A program made the translations under genes and the position numbers. The notes under the pieces are model-generated. The model searched no databases and was not told the origin of the DNA. It worked only from the letters and a program-made list of their open reading frames with translations. Source: Centroscyllium fabricii (Eukaryota). Taken from it: a stretch of DNA of 64,000 nt. Of the stretch, positions 12,170-22,649 are shown piece by piece. The DNA lies in NCBI GenBank assembly GCA_051313645.2, contig JBNRSN020000011.1, forward strand, positions 15,500,001 to 15,564,000. The letters are read 5' to 3'. Each line of letters begins with the position of its first letter. Position 1 is the stretch's first letter.

Positions 12170-13317
12170 GCAGAGCCAATGATTGACAGCTCTAAGTGGT
12201 CTGGTGTGTTTGTTTCTGTGGTTTCAGTGCATTGTGACGTCACAATCCACTGTCAACAGAATGTAACTGAAAGTCGATGATTGACAGCTCTAAGTCATCT
12301 GGTCTGTTTGTTTCTGTGGTTTCAGTGGATTCATAGAATCATCATAGAATCCCTACAGTGCAAATAGAGGCCATTTCAGCCCATCGAGCCTGCACCAACA
12401 CATATCCCACCCTATCCCCATAACCCCACATATTTAATCCCCCTAACACTAAGGGTCAATTTATCCTGGCCAATCAACCTAACCCACACATCTTTGGACT
12501 GTGGGAGGAAACCGGAGCACCCGGAGGAAACCCATGCAGACATGGGGAGAATGTGTAAACTCCACACAGATAGTCACCTGAGACCGGATTTGAACCCAGG
12601 CCCCTGACGATGTGAGGCAACAGTATTAACCACTATGCCACCGTGCCGCCCGACGTCACAATCCACTGTCAACAGAATGTAACCACAAATCGATGATTGA
12701 CAGCTCTCAGTGGTCTGGTCTGTTTGTTTCTGTGGTTTCAGTGGATTTTGACATCACAATCCACTGTCAACAGAAAGTAACCGCAAGTCGATGATTGACA
12801 GCTGTAAGTGCTTTGTTTCACTGGCAGGCTCCTGACAGCTATGGAACACCTATCTGTCAAGCACTAGGAAGCAGCTGGAAGTTAAGTTTTTTAAAGGTTT
12901 TTTCCCACTAATCTTGGGAACCCTAGGGAGACAGTTAGACCTCCAGCATGCTGGAGGCCAGGAAGCCATTTTGCAGCAGGTGCTTCAATGCCTTGAAGGT
13001 GGAAGTCACCAAGCCAATTGTGTCTCCGCCAGGTTTCAATGATAGTGTTCCCACCAGGCAGGTTTTGCATGGGAAAAGCCTCAACATAGCTATGGGCCCT
13101 TAAAATGGCATTACAGATGCCAATTAAGGGCCCCTAATGAGCCTAATGACCATCCCTGCCGATGCCGGGTGGGACTGAAGCGGGCCGATCGGATAAGCTG
13201 GGTGAAACTGACAAGCTGGCGGGAAACCGGTGGGAGGGGTCAAGACCCCCCATTTTAGCAATTTGCCCTCCCCGGCTGCCGAAAAAGCCGCCTGCCGGCT
13301 CCATGAAAATTGACCTC
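12170..13317. mobile_element. Related Harbinger-type element fragment with an internal ~98-bp tandem repeat, interrupted by an HE1 SINE
   Basis: Units start with GATTGACAGCT at ~12181, 12279, 12695 and 12793. Right end ...CCATGAAAATTGACC. Reverse similarity to 10640-11130. Confidence 0.6.
12332..12651 (-). mobile_element. HE1-type (V-domain, tRNA-derived) SINE
   Basis: Reverse complement reads GGCGGCACGGTGGCATAGTGGTT...GGGTTCAAATCC...GGGTTTCCTCCGGGTGCTCCGGTTTCCTCCCACAGTCCAAAGATGTG, with a CR1-like tail. Confidence 0.9.
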
Positions 13318-13901
13318 TTTGTATTTACAAAGAACAGATCATTGTAAGATTTCACAAATAAACAGTTTATCGACAAGTGATCCATTTCCAAGAAATGGTG
13401 TGGTCATATATAAACTGATTGAAACTTTCACAAGCAGACACTATGCTGAAAAGCCACTTTGCAATCTCTGCACAGCTTGGCCCTGTATCAGTCAATGAAT
13501 GTGATGGAGAAGTGACAACTTGCCACTGATCCTCGTACTTTTGTAGTAGCCCATCATCGTGCCCTGTCTGTGGTGATTCATTGCAGTTCACATCTGGCTC
13601 TTTCATTAGTAGCTCCTTTAGTTTCCAATATTGCTTCCTGCTCATGATTCCAGCACCATTAAAACAACTTTCTTAAAAGGCGATACTTTTACCAAAAGGT
13701 TTCTAAAATGTTTTGCTTAGCAAATATTTTGAAGGCTTGAAATGCTCCCATTTAGTAGCCCTGATTAGATGTCTGGAGCCATTGCAAATTCACAATTTAC
13801 CATTCTTCTTGCTAACAAATATTAACAAATATTAATGAATCCATCCATTTTGTCAGTTCATCTATATTTTTTTGTCAATCATACTCCATTTAAAAAATAT
13901 T

Positions 13902-14650
13902 GGGGGGAAAATTGGGTGGCTTGCACCAGCCGTTAGCGCCCTACGGGGGCTGCTAATGGGGCGCAAGGCACCTAGTGCCTGGGCTGGCGTCTCCCGTGAT
14001 ATTCAGCAGGGTGCTGGCAGCGGCAGCCATTAGCGGCTCATGGCGCTGCACCGCCAGCGATGACATCACCACCGTGCGCAGCGCCTCACTCGCGCCCCGG
14101 CCGCGAACTTTAGTCGCACGCCTTGACTTAGCGCTGGGCGCTGTCTCTGACAGTGTCAGGGGGACGCAGTTGCAGCCGGGCCAGTGCTATTTAAAGGGGA
14201 GGTGGCGGGTGGCCATTTTTCTTGCTGGCCGCCTGCCAGCACCTACCCCCTCTGCCATCCCCGCCTTCCCCGATGCCCCCCCCCCCCGCGGAGTGCTGGC
14301 TGTGCTCCATGAGCCTGGCACTTCCCTCGAGTTCCAGGCTCCTTTGCCAGCACTCCGATCCCCGGCGGTCCAGCGGGGCTCTGGGCCGTGCCGCGCTAGG
14401 CCACTCCCCTTTAAGAAGGAGAGGGAGGCCTGCAGTACCGCAGTGTGGCGCGCTGCAGAGCATGGCGCAGCGACAGACAATGGCCCGAACTTCAGTTGTT
14501 GCGTCCAAGGAACGAGGTGGGGTGCTTGCAGTAGCGCCCCACCTCCTACTTGGGGCGCTAAAACCCAATGTACGGCGGAACGCGCTACCTTTTCGGGGCG
14601 CTACTTTCCAAGGTTAGTGCCCCAAATGGGGCGCAACCCACTTTTTCCCC
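13902..14650. mobile_element. PIF/Harbinger-type MITE, GC/CpG-rich
   Basis: TIR GGGGGGAAAATTGGGT ... ACCCACTTTTTCCCC; TSD ATT on both sides. Confidence 0.8.
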
Positions 14651-14759
14651 ATTCAGTGCAAATGACACTTTTCTACACGGGTGCATGAATCATGTAACTT
14701 GTTTATCAGTTATGATCCGATGTTCCCGTGAAGAGAATCCAATTGTTGACATGGATCCC

Positions 14760-15228
14760 ATGGTGCCAGCTTGGCTCAGTTGGTAGCACTCTTGCCTCTG
14801 AGCCACAAGATTGTGGGTTCAAGCCCAACTCCACAATGGGTGCACATAATCTAGGCTGACACTTCAGTGCAGTACTGAGGGAGTGCTGCACTGTCGGAGG
14901 CGTCGTATTTTGGAAGAAACAGCAAACCGAGGTTTTGCTTGGTGTTTCAGTAGGGCATAACAGATCCCGTGACACTTTTCAAAGAGGAGCAGGGAGGTCT
15001 TTGAGTGTCCTGATCAACATTCCTCCCTCAGCCAACATCACGAAAAGCAGATGAACTGGTTATTCATCTCAGTTCCTGTTTGTAGGAGGTTATTGTGTGC
15101 AGATTAGCTGTTGCATTTACCAACATAACAAAAGTGGCTACAGTTCAAAATCATCGGTTGTGAAGAACATTTTGGGATGTTCTGAAGGCGCCATAAAGTG
15201 CTTTATAAATGCAAGTTCTTTCTTTCTT
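14760..15228 (+). mobile_element. Deu-domain SINE (SacSINE1-like)
   Basis: tRNA-like head GGCTCAGTTGGTAGCAC...GGGTTCAAGCCC; body CAGTGCAGTACTGAGGGAGTGCTGCACTGTCGGAGG; tail ATAAATGCAAGTTCTTTCTT. Confidence 0.85.
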
Positions 15229-15389
15229 TATTCCATGGTAAGTGTTTCACACCCTGTGTCAATTTTAGTCTTTACTGAGAGGGTCCCTTTTTCTATATCT
15301 AAATTTTCACAAGAGATCAGACATATAATCAGCTGGTTATCCATCAACACCAATACACTTGTACTTTGTGTCCTTTAGAGTAATACAAG

Positions 15390-15810
15390 AAACAAAGACT
15401 TGCATTTACAATCGCGACTTTCACGACATACCAAAGTGCTTTACAGCCATTGAAGCACTTTTGAAGTGTAATCACTGTTGTAATATAGGAGCAAGCTCCC
15501 ACAAACATAATGTGATAACAACCAGATAATCTGTTTTAGTGATGTTGCTAGAGGGATAAATATTGGCCAGGACACTGGGAATAACTCTTTTCCATAATGC
15601 TCTTCTCCAAAATCGCATCATGGGATCTTTTACGTCCACCTGAGAGAGCAGACAGGGCCTCGGTTTCACGTCTCACCCAAAAGACGGCACTTCCGACATT
15701 GCAATACTCCCTCAGCCTAGGTCTTTGCGCTCAAGGGACTGGAGTAGGACTTGAACCCACAACCTTCTGACTCAAGAGGCGAGAGTGCGACCAACTGAGC
15801 CATGGCTGAC
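15390..15810 (-). mobile_element. Deu-domain SINE (SacSINE1-like), tail-to-tail with the preceding copy
   Basis: Reverse complement of the same head (GGCTCAGTTGGTCGCAC...GGGTTCAAGTCC), body and tail. Confidence 0.85.
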
Positions 15811-16646
15811 ACTGCTGCCAATGCTGCCTACACATCTTTCTTTCATTGTTATGTCTTCTCCCAGATGACCAGTCACATTTAATTGAGCCTCCTGCAATTT
15901 AGGTAAGGTCTGCAATCTTGCTCAGACTTGTGCTCCTGTGTCCAACTTAAAATGTTTAACTATTTCCATTCACTACCAATAGCAGTATCCAATCTCGCCC
16001 ACTCACTTAATTGGCAGTTCCTACGCTCAAATAAAGTTTCTCAGGTAGCTTTTCTTCCCCACAGGATACAATTGATTACACCTGTTCAGTGATCTACAAC
16101 GCCTTGAACAGTGCTACCTGTATACATGCTTTCCTAAAGGCTGGAAAATCATGGCTCAATGCAGTGTTCCACATCTTTACTGCATACCTATCTCTGCCAC
16201 TTCATTTAAGCTGAGCTGTTGCTCCCATGCCAGGCTTTCTCCCGAGGATCACCTGGTATTCCACAAGTTATTCTGTCCTTTGTTACTGATCCTGTTTGCT
16301 TCACCAAATTCGCAGGTCTTACTATGTGTTCTTAATTCAGTTACATACTGATGAATGGGTTTCTCCTGTTTTCTGCACACATGTAAAAAAGTGTGCCTTC
16401 CATTTAGATTTCTAGTGTCACTCAAACTTATCTATTATTACATCCAGCACCAGATCCTCTCCTTCCTTGAAGTTGAAATTATGATAAATATTTAATGCTT
16501 CTTTGCCAATAACATATAAAAAATAGATGCCTTCACCTTCGCATCTTTTTATTTGTTTCACTAGTTGATTAAAACAAAACACTTTGAACCATTGTTAAAT
16601 TTCTGCAAGATTTCCCATTTTTACATCTTTTAATTCACTGTATGTG

Positions 16647-17407
16647 TAGGGTGACCATATTTTCTTCCCTGAATCCGGGGACACACAGGGTGGGAGCACA
16701 GCAAAGTAGCCAGGATGGAAAATGTAGGTTGTGCAGTGCAGCGAGACAAAAATTGTTACTTTGATGCAAACTGAATCTTCAAAAAGCAGGGCCAGAATGT
16801 CCTGCCTGAATAACGCGGCCGCTGTACACGGCATCTGCCGGCTGCAATCATCGGCTCCTCTCCCTCCTCCCAGCCTGACACTCACCCACTACATCCGAGG
16901 CCATGGAGCGTGCTCTGATCTGGTTCCCGGGACATCCACACGGCCAGGCTCCAGCCACCGCTCATTCATCGGGTTACCAGCGCCCGCCCCCCGCACCACC
17001 ACTGTTACGCAGACATTTTGGCTCCAAGGTCGATTTCTCTTCAACCGAATTTCACAGGACTATCCAAAAATTCGGTGGGGTGTGGGGGGGCGTTGAGGCA
17101 GAGCAAGCATACTGCGGCCACAGAACACTATCACTGCATAAGTTAAAGTCTCTCAGTGAGTCCACCCCTTCTACTGGTTGAAAACAGGAGACCAACATCA
17201 CTCCCACCAATTGGAACTCGCCCCGCCACACAGCCCCGCCCACTTTATTGACCGTAGCTCAAGATCAAGTTGCTCCTGATTTAAGCCCAGGCGTATTCAG
17301 GGGCGAGTTTCCTGAACCGGAGACTCTTCCAGGGACACTGTTTGCCCAGGGACACAGTCCCTCATCCAGGCCTGTCCCTGGAAAACAGGAGTGTGTGGGT
17401 CACCCCA
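16647..17407. mobile_element. hAT (Blackjack-like) MITE
   Basis: TIR TAGGGTGACC ... GGTCACCCCA. Flanks TGTATGTG / TGTACATG, both derivable from the 8-bp TSD TGTACGTG by CpG decay. Confidence 0.8.
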
Positions 17408-17955
17408 TGTACATGGCTTTATACCTTCTCTGAGTTACTGTGATTCTTCACTTCCACTTTCCTTTTCTCATTCAGCAGTTCCAACAGCGAGTATTGTGCA
17501 AATAATGCAATGTTAAATAACGAAGGAAGAACAACTATAATGCGATTTTAAACAACTTCACTTTCACAACAGTGCACATTCTGCTCATACCCTCCATCTT
17601 GCAGATTGACTGGCTTCTCCAGGCTCCATCCAACTGGTTGCTTAATTGCAGCATTAATGCAGAGTTTATTGGTCTTAAGGGAGCATCTATAAATTCTCAC
17701 ACTCAAGCTGATAACATTATTATAACCACCGGTCACAAGCTGCTTGACTTATGCAAACGACTTTTCCACCCCATTCTCCACACAGGTTGTAAACAGCGGA
17801 AAAAGGCCTGCACAGCAGACATGTGGCAGGAATCTGTGTTCTCCACGCTGGTTCTACACACGCACTGTAAAAATAGCTTGAGGTGTGCTCTTGATCACCA
17901 AGCCTAAACGCTGACCATTGTCAATGACCACATCACAACCGTTAATTACAATACA

Positions 17956-18765
17956 GGCATGGAGTTTCTGCTAGGGGCGCAATCGATAAACTACACCCAG
18001 AATGTGCTGGAAATCGTGCTGGTTTTGACGAGGTAAAGTTACTTTGAGGTGCCGTGCAAACTCATTAGCTTAAGCCTGAACATAAAATCTCCCATGAATC
18101 AGCGCTATCAAGCAGCGTGATCGATGGTAATCGATTTGTGACTGGAACAGGGCATCCTTCAGCATTAGAGCGAGGAGCGGGATTGCCAAGAAATTAACCA
18201 TTTTTCACTTGATTGATTTCATGTTCTTGGTCTTACTTTTTAATTGGATTCAATTGACTGCTTTGATCTGTCATTGGCACATAAGACCTGTGACCAGCAG
18301 TCAATTGAAGCCACACAGGTGTGTCCTGCTCTGTTGTAATTGACTGAATTTAGACTAATTTAAACTGAATTAAATATAATTTAAAGTATTGCAGCAAGCA
18401 GCACGAGGAGGAGAAACACAAGGACAGGCTTCAATTGACTGCCGGTCACTGCAGCTACGGGAAATTAACCCTGGATTCATGTGACTATGGGCGCCTGTGT
18501 GCCCGAGTATCTGGACGCAATGTGATGAACAACCTTGAACGATCGCAATGGGGGGAAACTCATCATTCCGATCTGGGGGATGTGGTGTTGTGGGCAGGGA
18601 CTGCTTCGGGAGAACCAGCATAAAAGGTCACAGATACTTGGACGTAACGTATTTATGGGCACAATTCACTTACATTTAAAATTTCGGGACCTTTAACGCT
18701 ATTTCACTCGATTCTGCTCAGATTACGCTGCTATCTGGGTGGAAATCATATGGGAACTCCAGGCC
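17956..18765. mobile_element. Old Harbinger-type MITE
   Basis: Imperfect TIR GGCATGGAGTTTC ... GGAACTCCAGGCC; TSD not preserved. Confidence 0.55.
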
Positions 18766-19401
18766 GCGGCGTACGTTGGAAACTGCCTCACGCTCTGGAG
18801 TAAGAAATGCCTGAAACAGTCACAGAAAAAATATTTAGAGGTGCGAAGGTGATTTCAAGATGAGGTTTTTGTCAGAACGAGGAAGAGACGGGGTAAAAAT
18901 TTCCACCGTGTTCTCCCACCGTAACTTCGGCAGAAACCCCGGACAAAGGGCATAAGCAGCCGGTGAGAGCTTGGGAGGAGCCCAGTGCAAATTCCAAGTG
19001 GTGATGCCCACAAGTCATTATGTTCCTGGTTTCACCCGTCCACCCCTGGCTGCCACCCAATACAGCTCCATTCACGAAGGCTGATACCAGTCTCCGCTGC
19101 TAAATGCACAACCCTTTATATCTGGGTATTAATTAAAAACTACACAATGCATACAATTCTGACAGTCAGCCACACACTCGTTGGATACACCAGCTTAGAT
19201 TTAAAGGGACAAAATGGGGTATCTCATTTCAAACAAAAATCAATCATGTTTATTCTGCAGTACAAACATTTATGTGGATCTTTACACAGCTCAGCACATG
19301 TATGTATATCTCAGGTAAAAGCCCAAATGCATACAGATATACAGGAGCGTAGAGGACAGCGCGTCTGACACAGCTATTGCTCACAGTGTCTTTTGTGAGT
19401 G

Positions 19402-19800
19402 ATGTGGAGGTGCCGGTGTTGGACTGGGCTGGACAAATGCAAGAAGTCACACAACACCAGGTTATAGTCCAACAGTTTTATTTTAAATCACAAGCTGTCG
19501 GAGCGTCTGCCCCTTCGTCAGGTGAAAGAGAAGCTGACTTAAAGAACGCACATATGGGAGGAAGAGAGAAATCTGATCTCCCACATCATCAGACTGATGT
19601 GTTAAAATATGTTAATATGCCTTTGTGTGCTCTGTCTATCTCTGCTAAGGTGAGATGTGGGAGATCAGATTTCTCTCTCTCTTCCATATGTGCGTTCTTT
19701 AAGTCAGCTTCTCTTTCACCTGACGAAGGGGCAGACGCTCCAAAAGCTTGTGATTTAAAATAAAACTGTTGGACTATAACCTGGTGTTGTGTGACTTCTT
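19402..19800. mobile_element. Penelope-like fold-back element with 147-bp inverted arms, each with a hammerhead-like motif
   Basis: Arms 19441-19587 and 19654-19800 are near-perfect reverse complements. 13-bp TSD TCTTTTGTGAGTG (19389-19401, 19801-19813). Motif TCAC-CTGACGA-A-GGGGC agac GCTCC-[G]AAA-GCTT-GTGA. Confidence 0.8.
19716..19753 (+). ncRNA. Minimal type I hammerhead ribozyme relic (GAAA core mutated to AAAA); mirror copy on the minus strand at ~19488-19525 (GAAA to GACA)
   Basis: CUGACGA core, stem II GGGGC/GCUCC, stem I UCAC/GUGA, short palindromic stem III AAGCUU. Confidence 0.6.
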
Positions 19801-20285
19801 TCTTTTGTGAGTGTTACTCCCCCCAACTTTGATTTAAAAACCAAAGGTATATTCTCAAAATTAAGGTGCCAGAATACACCTAGAATCGCAGAAAGTACAG
19901 CTCAGTAGGAGGTTATTCAGCCCATTCTGCCAATACAGGCTCTGCAACTGAATCTATTCCTTCAAATTCAATTTCCCTGCCTTTTTTGCTATGGCCTTTT
20001 ACATTATTCCCTTTCAAATACTCGTAAGACTCTCTCCCAAACTTTGGTGTCACCTGCAACTCTTTTACGTTGTACACACCATAACCAGCAGTTGCTTGAG
20101 CATAGGTTAAGTTGTATAAAATCGCTTGCCTGTTGATTCGTAGCATCCAACATGTTGTGAAGCCGTTGTCCTGCTCACAGCTGTCTCTGGTTTCATCCTC
20201 CACTATCTCGCCCAAGTGACTATGGTTGAAATAAATGCTGGAAAAACTTAGCCGTTCAGGCAACATCCGTGAAGAGAGAAATGAG

Positions 20286-20320
20286 AGTCAATGTTTCGGG
20301 TCGGGACCCTTTATCAAGAC
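20286..20320 (-). ncRNA. Minimal hammerhead-like motif with a U3-A8 core variant
   Basis: Minus strand reads GUC-UUGAUAA-A-GGGUC cc GACCC-GAAAC-AUU-GACU. Confidence 0.55.
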
Positions 20321-20491
20321 ACTCTGCAGTAAGAAACGCCTCAAACAGTCACAGAAAAAATATTTAGAGGTGCGAAGGTGATGTCAAGATGAGGTTTTTG
20401 TCAGAACGAGGAAGAGACGGGGTAAAACTCCACCGTGTTCTCCCACCGTAACTTCGGCAGAAACCCCGGACAAAGGGCATAAGCAGCTATT

Positions 20492-21317
20492 GGGCCAGAA
20501 ATTGCAGTCTGCCGTTTCGTGCGGGTGCACGGCCATGCGGACCCCTAACGCAGCGCACCAGAATCTTGCCGTTTTAGCGGTGAAACATTCCAGTATTTTT
20601 TTTTGCATTCCTGGGCTGCGTAACAGTGCAGCCACGCTAGGTGCGCTAAATATGCGTTGCCGTGGTGCGTGTGCTAGTGTGATGCCCCGCCCACGAAGGT
20701 CTCATTTAAATGGACACGCCCCCTGATGTGCACACAGAATCAGCAGGGAGCAAGGGCGGGCAGCATCACATTGGCAACGAAGGTAAGTCTTTGATTTTCA
20801 GCGATTTTTTTTGCTAACTTTTTTAAACAAAGAAAGACTTTTAAATTTCGGATGAAAAACTTTAGAAACAAACAATTTTGTACAAAAAATAGGGTGATAA
20901 AAAATTGAAAAGCCGATTTTTTACATTTTTCAAAACAATTCAAAATCCACAAAAAATAGTAGTTAACTGCCCACATAAATCATAAAAGTCAATTAAAATT
21001 GCTAAAACTTTAAATTAAATGCTAAAAAAGTCACTTACCGTCTTCAAAACGCACTGCTCTTCCTAACGCACGGTTAACGACTCCTTTTTTCCCGTGCAAC
21101 TCCAAGCCCAGTTGCCCACAGATTAGCGCACAGAATCACACCCATTTACATCGGGATTTTTGGGTGTTATTCTTTTGTGCGTTGGATGCTGAAGCCTCTT
21201 CTGTCTCAGCATCGGAAAGCCCGGATTCCTGCGCATGCCCCGTGCGATAGCTAGCACGGGGAATTAGGCGCCACTCCTGCGGGTGCTAAGCGTGCGATGG
21301 ACTGGAATTTCTGGCCC
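20492..21317. mobile_element. PIF/Harbinger-type MITE
   Basis: 18-bp TIR GGGCCAGAAATT(G/C)CAGTC with one mismatch; TSD ATT. Confidence 0.88.
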
Positions 21318-21728
21318 ATTATTTTGGATTTTTTCGGATTTCCTGCATCTGCAGTATTTTGCTATCATGACTATGGTTGAGTCTGATTGTCTTCGTCTCC
21401 CTAGGCTAGTATCCCATCACTGCACCAGCGGAGATTATTTAACGGTGCTCTTACATCGCAGCCTCAGTTTCAGGAGACTGGTGCTCTCTATACAGGTCTA
21501 TACAAGCTAAATCAGGCAGCTTATATTTATTTCTAACTGCAGCTGTTGGGCCTATTATTTTTATATGCTTGCTGAAATCATGAACAATAAGAGTATAGTT
21601 TGAAATGCTCTCTGGTATACCTTTTTATTCTGGAGAGTGTGTACAAGAATTCATCGATGCATTTAAGGGTAAGCTGGACAAGTACACGAGGGAGAAAGGA
21701 CTAGAAGGATCTGCTGATAGGGTGAGAT

Positions 21729-22110
21729 AGAAACATAGAAGATAGGAGCAGGAGTAGGTCATTCGAGCCTGCTCCGCCATTCAATGAGATCATGGCTGAT
21801 CATCCAAACCCAGTACCCCGCTCCTACCCTCTCCCCATATCCCTCTCGAGCCTGCACGGACACATATCCCACCCTATCCCCGTAACCCCACATATTCAAT
21901 CCCCCTAACACTAAGGGTCAATTTATCCTGGCCAATCAACCTAACCCGCACATCTTTGGACTGTGGGAGGAAACCGGAGCACCCGGAGGAAACCCACGCA
22001 GACACGGGGAGAATGTGCAAACTCCACACAGATAGTACCGAGGCTGGATTTGAACCCGGGTCTCCAGTGCTGTGAGACAACAGTGCTAACCGCTGTGCCA
22101 CCGTGCCGCC
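21729..22110 (-). mobile_element. HE1-type SINE inserted in an older CR1 3' fragment (~21640-22195)
   Basis: Full head, V-domain and tail in reverse complement; the flanks join into a CR1 3' end with a TTCTATGT tail. Confidence 0.88.
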
Positions 22111-22460
22111 AGATGAAGTAAGGTGGGACACCAGCATAGACCTGTTGGCCGAATGGCCTGTTTCTGTGCTGTACATTTTCTGTAATTCTATGTAATTCCA
22201 AGAACGTAATTATTTTGCTTTCTCATTTTGTTGCGTTCCTGTTAATAGTGAATTTGGCTAAGGGAGGTGACAAAGAATGGAAGCAAATGGTGATAGGAGA
22301 AGCTGGCCGCAGCCTCTGTGTGGGAGCGGATTGGCTCTCACTGTTCTGTAACTTCACAACTGTGACATGCCACATGACTTTAGCAGTGGGCTGCGATGAA
22401 CATTTCCAGTTTGATACTGAAGCAATTACTTTGCGTATCTATATTTCACGTAAAATATTT

Positions 22461-22649
22461 GGGGTGAAATTGGTCTCGGGCATTAACACAAAACGGGCGA
22501 CCGTGAATCAGCAGCCCACTTTACACCCCGCCCGACTCCCTCTTCCACCAGTGAGGTCAATGGAAATGAAGGTCAGGCGGGGTGTAAAACAGGCTGCTGA
22601 TTCACTATCGCCCATTTTGGCACTACCGCCCGATTCCAATTTCACCGCC
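22461..22649. mobile_element. Short palindromic MITE (Harbinger-type ends)
   Basis: GGGGTGAAATTGG ... CCAATTTCACCGCC; internal arms GTGAATCAGCAGCC..TTTACACCCCGCC / GGCGGGGTGTAAA..GGCTGCTGATTCAC. Confidence 0.8.

Larger units (their letters stand above)
20230..21367. mobile_element. Penelope-like composite insertion: inverted terminal piece with hammerhead motif, a 166-bp local duplicate, a nested MITE and a 3' tail
   Basis: 13-bp TSD TGACTATGGTTGA at 20217-20229 and 21368-21380. 20231-20320 is the reverse complement of 28414-28503. 21330-21363 resembles the PLE tail GATTTCCAGCATCTGCAGTATTTTGC. Confidence 0.7.

Noticed and set aside
12175-12815. Palindromic repeats suggesting CRISPR repeats
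   Set aside because: The sequence between palindromes is also repeated. It is a tandem duplication within a MITE
13975-14688. 237-aa ORF and overlapping ORFs
   Set aside because: They lie in a GC-rich MITE bounded by TIRs and a TSD, with no recognisable domain. Stop-poor by composition
14765-14835. tRNA gene (likewise the heads at 37671, 63141, 27424 and others)
   Set aside because: The A/B-box heads run directly into SINE bodies with no complete cloverleaf. They are tRNA-derived SINEs
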